Origin: a virus
IMG/VR virus record: IMGVR_UViG_3300024984_000002
Strand: one strand, 5' to 3'
Length of the DNA: 41,092 bases
Shown here one piece after another: positions 1 to 8,709 of the stretch. The translations under genes were made by a program, and so were the position numbers. Position 1 is the stretch's first letter, and each line of letters starts with the position of its first letter. The notes beneath the pieces are model-generated. The model ran no database searches. It was not told the origin of the DNA and saw nothing but the letters and a program-made list of their open reading frames with translations.

Positions 1-127
1 ACTGCACCCGTATTAAAATTAGGAGCAGAAACTGTACCGTCATAAAAGAACACAGCCCCAATAGACCGCAGTTTTTGTGAAATAACATATGTTTTTCCAG
101 ATACGACTGGTACTAATCCCGAATATA
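1..127. repeat. Terminal direct repeat, left copy (identical to 40966..41092)
   Basis: Read by eye: actgcacccgtattaaaatt...tactaatcccgaatata occurs at both window ends, 127/127 identical. Confidence 0.95.
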
Positions 128-620
128 TGGCATCTGCATAGGGACTTAGAGTTGTATTTGGAGTGTATCCTACAAGTTTTCCATCTAAAGCGTTTAACTT
201 GTTGTATTCATTCCAAGACTTATCAATGTTTAAGGTTTGTCTTAGATTTGCAGATAATTTGTCTGGTGTCACTGAATCATTCTGTGGAATTGAGAGAACA
301 TTAACCGTTGTTCCGCCTGTTATTGCAGAAATCACAGTATCTGACATATCTTCCATAGCAAGTTTTTCAGATTTTAAACGAGTTTCTGATTTTGACGCTT
401 TATCTGCCAATTGTTCATCAACATCTATCAGTTTATCGCGCAAAACAGGGAACCCTAATCGAGCATCTTGTACTTCACTCGGTGAAGGATTCGCTATAAT
501 TAAATCATCCACACGCTTTTTCTGCGCTTGGATATCTGCATCCACATCGTTAAAGTTATCGTTCAAATTGTTTCTAAATACTCGGTCCAAAAATGAACCT
601 AATACACGATATTTCCCCAT
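1..620 (-). CDS. Tail fibre / receptor-binding protein, N-terminal part of a junction-spanning gene (788 aa in total with 39219..40965)
   Basis: Hand translation from ATG 620..618 (GGAGGT at 626-631) gives MGKYRVLGSFLDRVFRNNLNDNFNDVDADIQAQKKRVDDLIIANPSPSEVQDARLGFPVLRDKL... The frame is open to position 1 and in phase with ORF 39219..41018 (620+40965-41018=567=189 codons). The coiled-coil N-terminus carries the EVxDAR motif seen in Bacillus-phage fibres. Confidence 0.75.
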   Translation of the reverse strand, partial: MGKYRVLGSFLDRVFRNNLNDNFNDVDADIQAQKKRVDDLIIANPSPSEVQDARLGFPVLRDKLIDVDEQLADKASKSETRLKSEKLAMEDMSDTVISAITGGTTVNVLSIPQNDSVTPDKLSANLRQTLNIDKSWNEYNKLNALDGKLVGYTPNTTLSPYADAIYSGLVPVVSGKTYVISQKLRSIGAVFFYDGTVSAPNFNTGA

Positions 621-632
621 GTTTTACCTCCT

Positions 633-1448
633 TTACAAAGTGTAGAATCGGAAGGCAAAGGAAATAGTAAAGCTTCCGGTTGCACCTGTTATCGTAAAAT
701 TGTTGTATCCTGGTGCCAAACTAATTAACTTTTTGTTAGTATCTGAGAACACTGATAAGCCATTTTTCAATGAACGTACACCCGTGAGTAGTAAAGTATC
801 TCCAGATGCTGTTGTCTTCGTATACTGCCACACATCACCTGTAGTGGTGTTTGTGATTGTTAGGTTACTCGATGCACCTTTGAAGGTGATTTCTAATGGC
901 ATTTCACGAGGGTTAATGGTTACACCGTCAGCTGCATTGTAGATTTGAAAACTCGTAGTGCTGTGTGTGTACATAGTCTCATCTAGTGTTAACCCTTGCC
1001 CTGTTTGCCATAGTTCAGCATCGAAGGTTAAAGGATCTAGTGTGGTACCGATGGATTCTGCAAATGAAGAAGGAGAAATAAAATTCGTATTAAACTTTCC
1101 TCTGTTTGCGATTAATTGATCAGGTGAAAACCCTTCGGACTTTACCAGCCAACGTTTACCTGGTTCCCTGCTATCAATTAAATAAAAAGCTTCCCTAGAA
1201 TCAAGCATACGGAAAATTTCATTTCGTAACAAAGGAAAGTCTAAAAAGTCAGCTGCTACAAATTCGAAATCTCCATAAAGCTTTCTCTCTCCGTATTCCG
1301 TACCTTGATCAATTAAACCATCTCTACCTTCAATTTCTTCCCAATAAAAACGAGGTGAAGGTGAATCCACTTTGAAATAGTTTACGGTTATATCATGTTC
1401 GCTTAGTTTATATTGAGTCCCATTTAATCTTTCAATAGTGATATCCAT
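633..1448 (-). CDS. Distal tail protein (Dit, siphovirus tail family)
   Basis: 271 aa. The N-terminus MDITIERLNGTQYKL...EIEGRDGLID is typical of the Sipho_tail family. It lies directly after the tape measure gene with a TAATG overlap. Confidence 0.8.
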   Translation of the reverse strand: MDITIERLNGTQYKLSEHDITVNYFKVDSPSPRFYWEEIEGRDGLIDQGTEYGERKLYGDFEFVAADFLDFPLLRNEIFRMLDSREAFYLIDSREPGKRWLVKSEGFSPDQLIANRGKFNTNFISPSSFAESIGTTLDPLTFDAELWQTGQGLTLDETMYTHSTTSFQIYNAADGVTINPREMPLEITFKGASSNLTITNTTTGDVWQYTKTTASGDTLLLTGVRSLKNGLSVFSDTNKKLISLAPGYNNFTITGATGSFTISFAFRFYTL

Positions 1449-3460
1449 TATTTCACCCCACTTAACCGCAATTCAGCGTTAAAGTTATTTCCTTGAAGTA
1501 AATCAATGTAGGAGATAATAAGTCTTGTAAATTCATAACCATCAATGTATAGAGGAATTTCCACATTACCCGATGGCATCATAACTTGCCTACTTTGTGT
1601 TTCTTCTCTAACAATCTTTCTAAGATCATCAAGTGCTCCAACAAATTCAGGACGTTTTTCCCCAACCCCAATGATTTGTGGACCATAGAAAACTCCACCT
1701 TTGTCGTACCAATCCACAGATAACTTTGGTAATCCGTTCTTAATCCAATCTTTAGGGTTTAGCGAGAAATTACTAACTGAGAAATGAGGTAACTTTATTT
1801 TTGTACTGAAGTTAGAAAGGGCTGCTTTAATGTCGTCTACAAAACCAAGTACCTTTTCTTTGGCTGTTTTGATTGGAGACATGATTTTATCTCCGATCTT
1901 TCCGAAGATTCTTGCTGCATCATCCAGCATTCCATTAAAGAAGCCGGTTGTTGAAGTCCACATGCCTTTTATAGAGCTACCAACATTAGAAACGAATGTT
2001 TTTACTCCTCCAAGGATTCTACCTACGAACAACAGATTCATAAGGTTCCAGACAAACTCAATCGCACCTAAGAATAATTGTTTGATACCTTCCCACATTT
2101 TTGAGAAATCACCTGTGAAAAGACCTGCGAAAATCTTAATCAAGCCCATAATAATGTCTAAAGCGCCTGAAATAACACCTTTGATATTGCCCCAAATCAT
2201 TTGAATAATGAATAATAAAACTGGTGCAATAGCGTTAAAAATTGAAGCGATTACTGACCACATGTTTTGAACGGCTGCAATGATTTGTGCTCCATTTTCA
2301 TCCCAGAACGCTTTTAATTCAGCTAATGTAGATTTGATAAATCCAACAGCATCATTAAAAATTGGAAGGGCAATTTCTTTTATCGTATTGAATATCCGTA
2401 GGAAACTCTCTCCTACATTTCCTTCCCCAGAAAACAGTGTTTTTACCGTTTCAATGTAGCCAGAAACAAAACCACTCACATTTTCTTTTATACCGTTAAA
2501 AACCTCTATTATCTGGTCTTTATTCGATACAAAAACGCTTTTAACTTGTTCGAACGCTCCGTTGATCGTATTAAAGGCTGTTACTAAGAAGTTATAAGTA
2601 TCTTCTGGAAGTATTTCTTTAAATGCTCCCTTTAGTCCATCCGCCTTTAATCCTGATTGGAATTTTTCTAATACCGGCAAAGCGACTTCGAGAGAACTTT
2701 TAAGCTTATCAAAGAGTGGTTTGGTTAGTTCCCCTGAAATCATCTTAAGATTATCTTTTAATGTAGACATCAATCCATTAAATGTCTGAGATTTCTTTTG
2801 CATTGCTCCGCCAAAGTTTTTCTCCATCTGTTCAAACATTAATGGGAGTACATCATCAGCTAAAAGTTTACCTTGTTGAGATAGGTTCATTACTTCTTGC
2901 TTGGTAATACCCATTCCTTCAGCAAGAAGTCCCCAACCATCAATACCGCGTTCACCTAGCTGCATCATTTCTTCAGCTTGTACTTTTCCTTTAGTTGCAA
3001 TCTGTGATAATGCCCAACCTACACCTTCAAGTTCCTCTTGTCCTTTACCGGCATAGGAAACCGCATCACCTAAAGCTACTAACCGTTCTTTAAGTTGATC
3101 TCCGCCCATTCCTGCTAGTTCTAGTTGTCTCGCGACTTTATCTAGACCTTCAAACTCGAAAGGTGTTTTTGCTCCAAGTTGTTGTAACATTTCTTGTGTT
3201 TCGATTGCTTTTTGTTGGCTTTTTAATAGACCTTCCCATGCTATCAGTGAGTCTTCTAGTAAAGCATTATAAGAAACTCCAACTTTGCCTGTGATGCCAG
3301 CCAATGTAACTAAAGCAGTGCCGGCCGCAGCTGCACCAGCTGCAATTGCTCCCATAGCCATAGAAGCAGACCTTTGTACACCACCCATTGCAGAAGCTAC
3401 AGCCTTGCTTGCTTTATCTTTCGCTGAGAGTATGATCTCGACAGTGTTTTTTGCTGCCAA
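1448..3460 (-). CDS. Tail tape measure protein
   Basis: 670 aa with Ala/Gly-rich hydrophobic segments and helical repeats. It contains the TMP core motif region (...LGAKTPFEFEGL...QIATKGKVQAEEMMQLGERGI...) and sits downstream of the chaperone pair. Confidence 0.85.
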   Translation of the reverse strand: MAAKNTVEIILSAKDKASKAVASAMGGVQRSASMAMGAIAAGAAAAGTALVTLAGITGKVGVSYNALLEDSLIAWEGLLKSQQKAIETQEMLQQLGAKTPFEFEGLDKVARQLELAGMGGDQLKERLVALGDAVSYAGKGQEELEGVGWALSQIATKGKVQAEEMMQLGERGIDGWGLLAEGMGITKQEVMNLSQQGKLLADDVLPLMFEQMEKNFGGAMQKKSQTFNGLMSTLKDNLKMISGELTKPLFDKLKSSLEVALPVLEKFQSGLKADGLKGAFKEILPEDTYNFLVTAFNTINGAFEQVKSVFVSNKDQIIEVFNGIKENVSGFVSGYIETVKTLFSGEGNVGESFLRIFNTIKEIALPIFNDAVGFIKSTLAELKAFWDENGAQIIAAVQNMWSVIASIFNAIAPVLLFIIQMIWGNIKGVISGALDIIMGLIKIFAGLFTGDFSKMWEGIKQLFLGAIEFVWNLMNLLFVGRILGGVKTFVSNVGSSIKGMWTSTTGFFNGMLDDAARIFGKIGDKIMSPIKTAKEKVLGFVDDIKAALSNFSTKIKLPHFSVSNFSLNPKDWIKNGLPKLSVDWYDKGGVFYGPQIIGVGEKRPEFVGALDDLRKIVREETQSRQVMMPSGNVEIPLYIDGYEFTRLIISYIDLLQGNNFNAELRLSGVK

Positions 3461-3643
3461 TTACCTCACCCCCTTCTGTTGTTTCGCTTGATATTCGTTC
3501 ATAATCCCTTGAATAAGTTCAAATGCTTCAGTGTAAATAGCTGGTTGATCCATATAACCACCTTCAAAGGGTAGACAATGAAACTCCTTACACATCACGA
3601 ACAGTTTTAAGTATTCATTAGAAAAAGAGCCGCCTCCCATCAT
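3461..3643 (-). CDS. Tail assembly chaperone, -1 frameshift extension (gpT-like part)
   Basis: This ORF is in the -1 frame relative to 3661..4038. Hand reading after the slip gives ...KKLITAVSRMMGGGSFSNEY..., running directly into this ORF. It lies between the chaperone and the TMP. Confidence 0.6.
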   Translation of the reverse strand: MMGGGSFSNEYLKLFVMCKEFHCLPFEGGYMDQPAIYTEAFELIQGIMNEYQAKQQKGVR

Positions 3644-3660
3644 TCGGGAAACGGCTGTAA

Positions 3661-4038
3661 TTAGTTTTTTTCCTCACCTGGAGATAACTTGTTCATCTCC
3701 TGGACTTTCTGCATTAATATATCGAATATTTCTTCATCAAGCTCTTGAACAGTTTCTTCATTGATTGGAGTATCGGTATCACTCCATGTCTTAACGGCTT
3801 TTGATAAAAGAAAATATTCTGCTTGGTGGGTTTTATTTAGGATAGATTCTAGATCGATGTTTGTAGGAATTTCTTCTTCTTTTGCATTCTTTAATTGTTC
3901 AGCGTTTACGTCTCCTAAATCTTTTAACAAGCTACTCATCATAGCTTGATACTGATTCTTGGCACCTTTTGAGAGGAGTTTAAGCTCTGCCCATCCACCA
4001 ACAAACTCCACTTTCTCTGTTTTACTTGAAAAAGCCAT
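3661..4038 (-). CDS. Tail assembly chaperone (gpG-like)
   Basis: 125 aa acidic protein between the tail tube gene and the TMP. It ends in a slippery heptamer that feeds the downstream ORF. Confidence 0.65.
   Translation of the reverse strand: MAFSSKTEKVEFVGGWAELKLLSKGAKNQYQAMMSSLLKDLGDVNAEQLKNAKEEEIPTNIDLESILNKTHQAEYFLLSKAVKTWSDTDTPINEETVQELDEEIFDILMQKVQEMNKLSPGEEKN
3664..3670 (-). other. Canonical -1 programmed frameshift heptamer A_AAA_AAC
   Basis: The minus strand reads GGT GAG GAA AAA AAC TAA. The X_XXY_YYZ heptamer occupies the last codons of the chaperone ORF, immediately before its stop. Confidence 0.6.
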
Positions 4039-4048
4039 AAAAACCCTC

Positions 4049-5011
4049 CTAATAGCTAGCTTTAGAGTTTACTAATGTAATCTTCATTCCGAATAAACTT
4101 GCTGGATCATACTTTGCGGAACCAGATACCTGAGCCGTTACTGCTCCTGTCCCACCCACATTAATTGGGAATGAACCAAAACGAAGCTTCGGAACGTCTA
4201 TAGTTAGCTTGTAATTATGTTCACCGCTAATAACTGCACCGGTTAATTCAACCTTTGCTGGTATCTCATTTTGTGCTCTAAATTTGTTGTACTCAGTTAA
4301 GTCCTTAAGCTCTAATGTGAATGAAATAGGGAACGTTCTAGGACCGTTTCTAAGAACACGTGACACTTCTCTAGTGCCATCAAGGGTAGCTCTAGCTTCT
4401 AGATTATTATTTACACCAAATTCAATTGTGGAAAGGTCTGTGTTGGCTACACCATCGATAGTTATTGCAGATTGATTCCACATGAATGGTTTAGTTGCTT
4501 CTAAGCTAGGTGTAGTCTTCGAAATTAAAGCTAAACTCTTAGCAATAATTGCAGCTGTAACTTGCATAATTTTAGTGTCGGTTCCGAATGAAAAGGTTAA
4601 GTCATTAATTACTGAACCTGCATATTGCCAAGCTTGAGCGAAATCACGATGAACTTCATAAGTGTAAGGAGGCAATGCACAAACAGCTGAGAAGTTGTCT
4701 TGTGCTGGTGTGAATACGTGTTGATATACTCCTGTAGCTAACAGTGTGGTTGTTGGTGCTCCAAATGCAGAGCGTAATAAGTGTCCAACTGAGTTTGGAT
4801 AAACATCTGCTGAGATATCGCCTGCGATATTGTGCAAGCCTTCATGTGATTCTGCTTCATCCACAATACCCATAATGTTTTCAGAAACTACTTGTTCAAT
4901 TTCCTCATTTAAACTCTCAGAAGCAAAACGGATATAATCCTCGGCTGCTACCGCTGTACCGTAAGTTGTTTCTTTTCCTAAACCAACATGAGCTCTAACT
5001 CCAAACGGCAT
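4049..5011 (-). CDS. Major tail (tube) protein
   Basis: 320 aa. It lies between the tail-completion genes and the chaperone pair. The call is positional plus a beta-rich composition. Confidence 0.6.
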   Translation of the reverse strand: MPFGVRAHVGLGKETTYGTAVAAEDYIRFASESLNEEIEQVVSENIMGIVDEAESHEGLHNIAGDISADVYPNSVGHLLRSAFGAPTTTLLATGVYQHVFTPAQDNFSAVCALPPYTYEVHRDFAQAWQYAGSVINDLTFSFGTDTKIMQVTAAIIAKSLALISKTTPSLEATKPFMWNQSAITIDGVANTDLSTIEFGVNNNLEARATLDGTREVSRVLRNGPRTFPISFTLELKDLTEYNKFRAQNEIPAKVELTGAVISGEHNYKLTIDVPKLRFGSFPINVGGTGAVTAQVSGSAKYDPASLFGMKITLVNSKASY

Positions 5012-5166
5012 TACTCATCACCATCTTTCTCTGTTTTCTCACGAAAAAGCCCGGTTTCCAGAAGAGATTTATCAAAATCTACTTCGTCACCGGGCTTGTA
5101 CACTCCAAAGTTAGGAATTATCTTTTCATATTCACCTGTAAAAATTAATTTCTTCTTTTTGGCCAT
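5011..5166 (-). CDS. Small hypothetical protein (51 aa, below the ORF-track cutoff)
   Basis: Hand translation gives MAKKKKLIFTGEYEKIIPNFGVYKPGDEVDFDKSLLETGLFREKTEKDGDE. An RBS GGAGTGG lies 8 nt upstream, and its stop overlaps the next start (TAATG). Confidence 0.45.
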   Translation of the reverse strand: MAKKKKLIFTGEYEKIIPNFGVYKPGDEVDFDKSLLETGLFREKTEKDGDE

Positions 5167-5181
5167 GTAAGGATCCACTCC

Positions 5182-5589
5182 TTAATATTCTTCTGTTGTG
5201 GCTGTTAATGTTAATTCTGCTATCATCATCGGGTTGTTTTGGTCTAATAAAACAAGTATTTCTCCACTTGATACGTTGTGGTAAAGACAACTTCCACCTA
5301 AATCGTAATCACTTCTTAGCTGTTTTATGGTATTTTCTATCATTGTACGTATTGTTAATTGAGGTGCTTTTATATCACTTGTACGCATCGGAATGTACAA
5401 CCGAATTATCCATTCCCAATTCACATTCTTTCGCATAGTTGTTTGATCAGATTGTTCGAACCGATCAAAAAATATTGTTGCTGCAGGCAGATTCATTTTT
5501 TGAGGTTCATAATCATATGCCTCTTTAATATTTGGAACAGTTGCTAAAATCTCTTTGATTTTTTCACCCATTAAATTCAAATCAATCAT
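5182..5589 (-). CDS. Tail completion / tail terminator-like protein
   Basis: 135 aa. Positional call within the HK97-like head-tail joining block; it overlaps the upstream gene by 4 nt. Confidence 0.5.
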   Translation of the reverse strand: MIDLNLMGEKIKEILATVPNIKEAYDYEPQKMNLPAATIFFDRFEQSDQTTMRKNVNWEWIIRLYIPMRTSDIKAPQLTIRTMIENTIKQLRSDYDLGGSCLYHNVSSGEILVLLDQNNPMMIAELTLTATTEEY

Positions 5590-6095
5590 TTGCTCAACAC
5601 CTCGATCGCTTCTCGAACTCCTTGAGCAAACAAACTGTTTACTTGTCCTGAAGTTTGCATTTGGTTAAATGTTGTTTCTGTGAATTTATAAGCTTTAATA
5701 CCAGGATGATTTACAGATTTAGCAAATATCGGTCTGTAATACCCACCTAACCTTAAATATTTATGTCCACTCTTTTTTTGGGGTTTTATAAGATGGGGAT
5801 CTGTCCCACCTTCAAGAAAGTGAGCATACCATAATTTTGTTCCAATATAGGACTTTGTGTTTGTAGTAGAACCTCGAATACTTTTAGCTAAGGTTCCGCT
5901 TTTAACTAATCCTAACGAGCGAACTTTAGCTTTTATCTGCTTGCTACCTTCTCTAGTCACTCTTCTTAAGCCTAGTTTTATTGCAGTAGGGGCAATATCA
6001 GCGTGTTGTTCCATTAACTTTTTAAGGTCTGGACTAATTTCAATATCTACCTTTAAGTTCTGTAATAAATATGATTCACGTTCAATAGAGGCCAT
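5586..6095 (-). CDS. Head-tail joining protein, HK97 gp10-like
   Basis: 169 aa. The motif WYAHFLEGGT resembles the gp10-family Y..FxEFGT motif, and the position is consistent. Confidence 0.6.
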   Translation of the reverse strand: MASIERESYLLQNLKVDIEISPDLKKLMEQHADIAPTAIKLGLRRVTREGSKQIKAKVRSLGLVKSGTLAKSIRGSTTNTKSYIGTKLWYAHFLEGGTDPHLIKPQKKSGHKYLRLGGYYRPIFAKSVNHPGIKAYKFTETTFNQMQTSGQVNSLFAQGVREAIEVLSK

Positions 6096-6610
6096 TACAT
6101 CACCTTCTTATAAGGTTGTAAAAGCATTTTAACTTGTGCTGGAATAGAATCAGCTCTAAATACAAACCCTTCACCGAATGTGGTTGAGAAGTTAGCTACA
6201 TCAGTATTAAAGAATGATTTAACAAACACTTTACAAGCTAGTTCAACATCAGATGGGACTTCATTTAAACCAGCTGTATAAATGACTCTGACATTCATAA
6301 TTCCTTGTGGCCATACACCACTTCTAAACAACATTCCATTATTTTTTCTTACCTTGTATTCACTTGGAACAATAACTTGCTCGTCTACTTCCACAGACGA
6401 TATGGAGGTGACAGGATAATTTTGAAGTAGGATAAACGTCTTCCCGGAGCCGTCATATTCCTCTTCGTAGGTTTCCGCTTCAAACTTCCTCTGACAGTGA
6501 TTCTCTATGGCTGTTGAGCAAGCTTTGATTAATTCACTAAGCAAGGCATCGTCATTATTTTCATGCTCGATTTTCAAGTAAGTTTTTACCGCTGAAAGAG
6601 TAGTTAACAC
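6095..6610 (-). CDS. Head-tail connector, gp6-like
   Basis: The N-terminus LTTLSAVKTYLKIEHENNDDALLSELIKACSTAIENHC matches the gp6-like connector signature (..VK.YLRID.DDDD.LI..LI.AA). Confidence 0.65.
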   Translation of the reverse strand: MLTTLSAVKTYLKIEHENNDDALLSELIKACSTAIENHCQRKFEAETYEEEYDGSGKTFILLQNYPVTSISSVEVDEQVIVPSEYKVRKNNGMLFRSGVWPQGIMNVRVIYTAGLNEVPSDVELACKVFVKSFFNTDVANFSTTFGEGFVFRADSIPAQVKMLLQPYKKVM

Positions 6611-6831
6611 TATTCATCACTCTCTTTTTTAGCTTTTCCCCTTTTGGGTTTTGTTTCAATTTCCTTTTCTTCCTCTTCTTGTTCATTTGGCTCATAGGAT
6701 TCTTCTTCGATTTCTTCCACATAACCAAAATTAACTAGAACCTCTCCAACCTCTTGTTTAACCTCAGCAACATCTTCCTTTTTTAGGTCGTATCCAATAC
6801 CTACGCAATCAATAAGTGCTTTAACTTTCAT
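6610..6831 (-). CDS. Hypothetical acidic protein downstream of the capsid gene
   Basis: 73 aa with a Glu-rich C-terminus. It is tightly packed between the capsid and connector genes. Confidence 0.5.
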   Translation of the reverse strand: MKVKALIDCVGIGYDLKKEDVAEVKQEVGEVLVNFGYVEEIEEESYEPNEQEEEEKEIETKPKRGKAKKESDE

Positions 6832-6880
6832 CTTCTATTCTCCTTTCAATAAAAAAGAGGGAAAAAGCTTCCCCCTCTCC

Positions 6881-7996
6881 TTAAGAAATAGTGACTTGTC
6901 CGTATACAAATGCCTCAGCATCACGCATTTTAACTTCTTCGCGCTCAATTGCACGGAATAGAGTATTGTCTGTTTCAAATGCGTCCATGGCAACATCAGA
7001 AGCCATGATTTCAGTTGTTTCACGGTCAAACATTACAACTGCTTCTTTAAGATCACCAATGATGATTGGAGCCTTGACACCTACTGTAGTATCGTTAGCT
7101 AGGTCTTTATTTGAATAAACTTTAACAGGATATTTTCCAAACAATAACTTTTGTGTAGCAGAAGTTGGGTCCTTTTGTAATAGGTAGTTACCATCTGCAT
7201 CTTTTTGCTTATCTAACCAGTTAAAACCATCTTGGTTAGTTACAACCACAGATGTTTCTTGGAAAGCAGGATCTAGTTGGACGTTTGTAATATCTTTAAG
7301 AGTATCAAAGCTCGTAATAGCAGTTTTTGCTTTCTCTGCTAATTTTGCAAAGATTAATTTGTTTCGAGTAACACGAGATTCGTCTCCAATCCAGCGTACT
7401 AGAATGCTTCTTAAAGCTTGGTCTGTGTCTTTTAATACTTCATTTGTCATTTTGAAGAATCCAGCATATTTTTTTACGGCAAAAGTTAATTGAGTGAACT
7501 GCGGAGTAGCTTTTTCAGGAATCGCACCGTTTTCAGGTACTTCCACAAATCCGGTTTGTTGTGCTCTAGCTTTAAATACTCGTGATCCAGTAGGCATAGA
7601 TACTGGTTCAACAGTAATTAAGTTTTGTGCAGCATCCTTAGCCTGACGTAACTCATTAATTTCCGTTTGGATATCTTGTGGCACAGTATAACCACCATCT
7701 GCTGCACTTCCAACGCTCATAGCGTTTTTAAACTTTGTGCGAACAGCATTAATAAAGTTGCTAGTTTCATTGTTGTTTGGATTTGCAACTACAACTGGTT
7801 CTGGGTTTTGGGTAACTAAATTAGCCTTCTCTTCTTCTTCAATTTTGATTTGCATAGCAATCTTTGCCTGAAGTGTTTCAATTTGGTTATTGATATTTTG
7901 AATATCTTCCAACTTAGTATCTTCACTGTTTAATAGATTTTTAGCCTTATTTGTTAATTCCTCTAATTGTTGTTTCATCGCAACGCTTGCTAGCAT
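6881..7996 (-). CDS. Major capsid protein, HK97 family
   Basis: 371 aa. It has a coiled-coil delta-like N-terminus followed by ...ADGGYTVPQDIQTEI..., typical of the HK97 fold family. An RBS GGAGGG lies 8 nt upstream of ATG 7996. Confidence 0.85.
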   Translation of the reverse strand: MLASVAMKQQLEELTNKAKNLLNSEDTKLEDIQNINNQIETLQAKIAMQIKIEEEEKANLVTQNPEPVVVANPNNNETSNFINAVRTKFKNAMSVGSAADGGYTVPQDIQTEINELRQAKDAAQNLITVEPVSMPTGSRVFKARAQQTGFVEVPENGAIPEKATPQFTQLTFAVKKYAGFFKMTNEVLKDTDQALRSILVRWIGDESRVTRNKLIFAKLAEKAKTAITSFDTLKDITNVQLDPAFQETSVVVTNQDGFNWLDKQKDADGNYLLQKDPTSATQKLLFGKYPVKVYSNKDLANDTTVGVKAPIIIGDLKEAVVMFDRETTEIMASDVAMDAFETDNTLFRAIEREEVKMRDAEAFVYGQVTIS

Positions 7997-8709
7997 ATTT
8001 TTTGCCCTCCTAAGATATTAAATCGTAATTTTTGTTTTGCTAATTCCAACTCGTTATTTACTGTGTTTTCAACAATAGGATCCAGATTTGGTTGTTCAAT
8101 GATTTTTTCTTTCATGTTGCGAATTTTATTGATAATGTCTGGAGAAATCATTCCTGACTCAAAACTCGCAACCAACCGATTACCATTTTCGAACAGAATC
8201 TCATCAACAAATCCCATTTCCTTTGCTTGCTGTGCATTTAACCATGTTTCTTTGTTCATAAGATCAAGAAGGGTTACTTGTGCCATACCTGTTTTGAGCA
8301 TGTACGCGTTAGCGATTGATTTATTGAAGTTTTCTAGAACACTAGCTTCATGCTGCAATGTTCTATAATCACCTCTGGCACCACCCGAAACATTGTGAAT
8401 CATAAGTTGTCCAGTTGGAGATATACGGATTTTGTCTCCTGCCATTGCAATGACACCCGCAGCACTAGCAGCTGTACCTACAATGTCAGTAGTTACATGA
8501 CCTTTGTAATTTTTGAGAAGGTAATAAATCTCGCTACCCTCATCGACATATCCACCAGGACTATTGATTTGGACTTCAACATCTGATCCATCATTAGGTA
8601 GTTGACTCGCCACGTCCGATGAAGTTGTTGCATCGTATTCAAACCAGTCGTAAATCCACTTTTCATCTCTAGACACGATAGGACCTTTGATTTTAATTTG
8701 TTTTGCCAC
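7990..8709 (-). CDS. Prohead serine protease, ClpP family
   Basis: The motifs INSPGGYV, GTAASAAG and MIHN match the ClpP/S14 catalytic region. It lies between the portal and capsid genes. Confidence 0.85.
   Translation of the reverse strand: MAKQIKIKGPIVSRDEKWIYDWFEYDATTSSDVASQLPNDGSDVEVQINSPGGYVDEGSEIYYLLKNYKGHVTTDIVGTAASAAGVIAMAGDKIRISPTGQLMIHNVSGGARGDYRTLQHEASVLENFNKSIANAYMLKTGMAQVTLLDLMNKETWLNAQQAKEMGFVDEILFENGNRLVASFESGMISPDIINKIRNMKEKIIEQPNLDPIVENTVNNELELAKQKLRFNILGGQKIC

Noticed and set aside
1-127. The terminal repeat as a genuine packaging-related direct terminal repeat
   Set aside because: It lies inside a coding sequence and keeps the reading frame. It equals a common assembler k-mer length, and the genome carries cos-type packaging genes (HNH + P27 TerS). 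An assembly overlap is more parsimonious, but it has not been tested.
89-645. Plus-strand ORFs 89..304 and 163..645 at the left edge
   Set aside because: They are antisense to an uninterrupted minus-strand reading frame with a strong RBS (ATG 620) that continues the fibre gene across the circular junction. They have no RBS, and their sequence is low-complexity and Cys/Ser-rich, as is typical of shadow ORFs.
6835-7029. Minus-strand ORFs overlapping real genes in another frame (6835..7029 in the capsid gene, 9335..9538 in the portal gene, 38349..38585 in the endolysin gene)
   Set aside because: Each is nested in a longer ORF with a recognisable family signature. None has an independent RBS or a plausible function.
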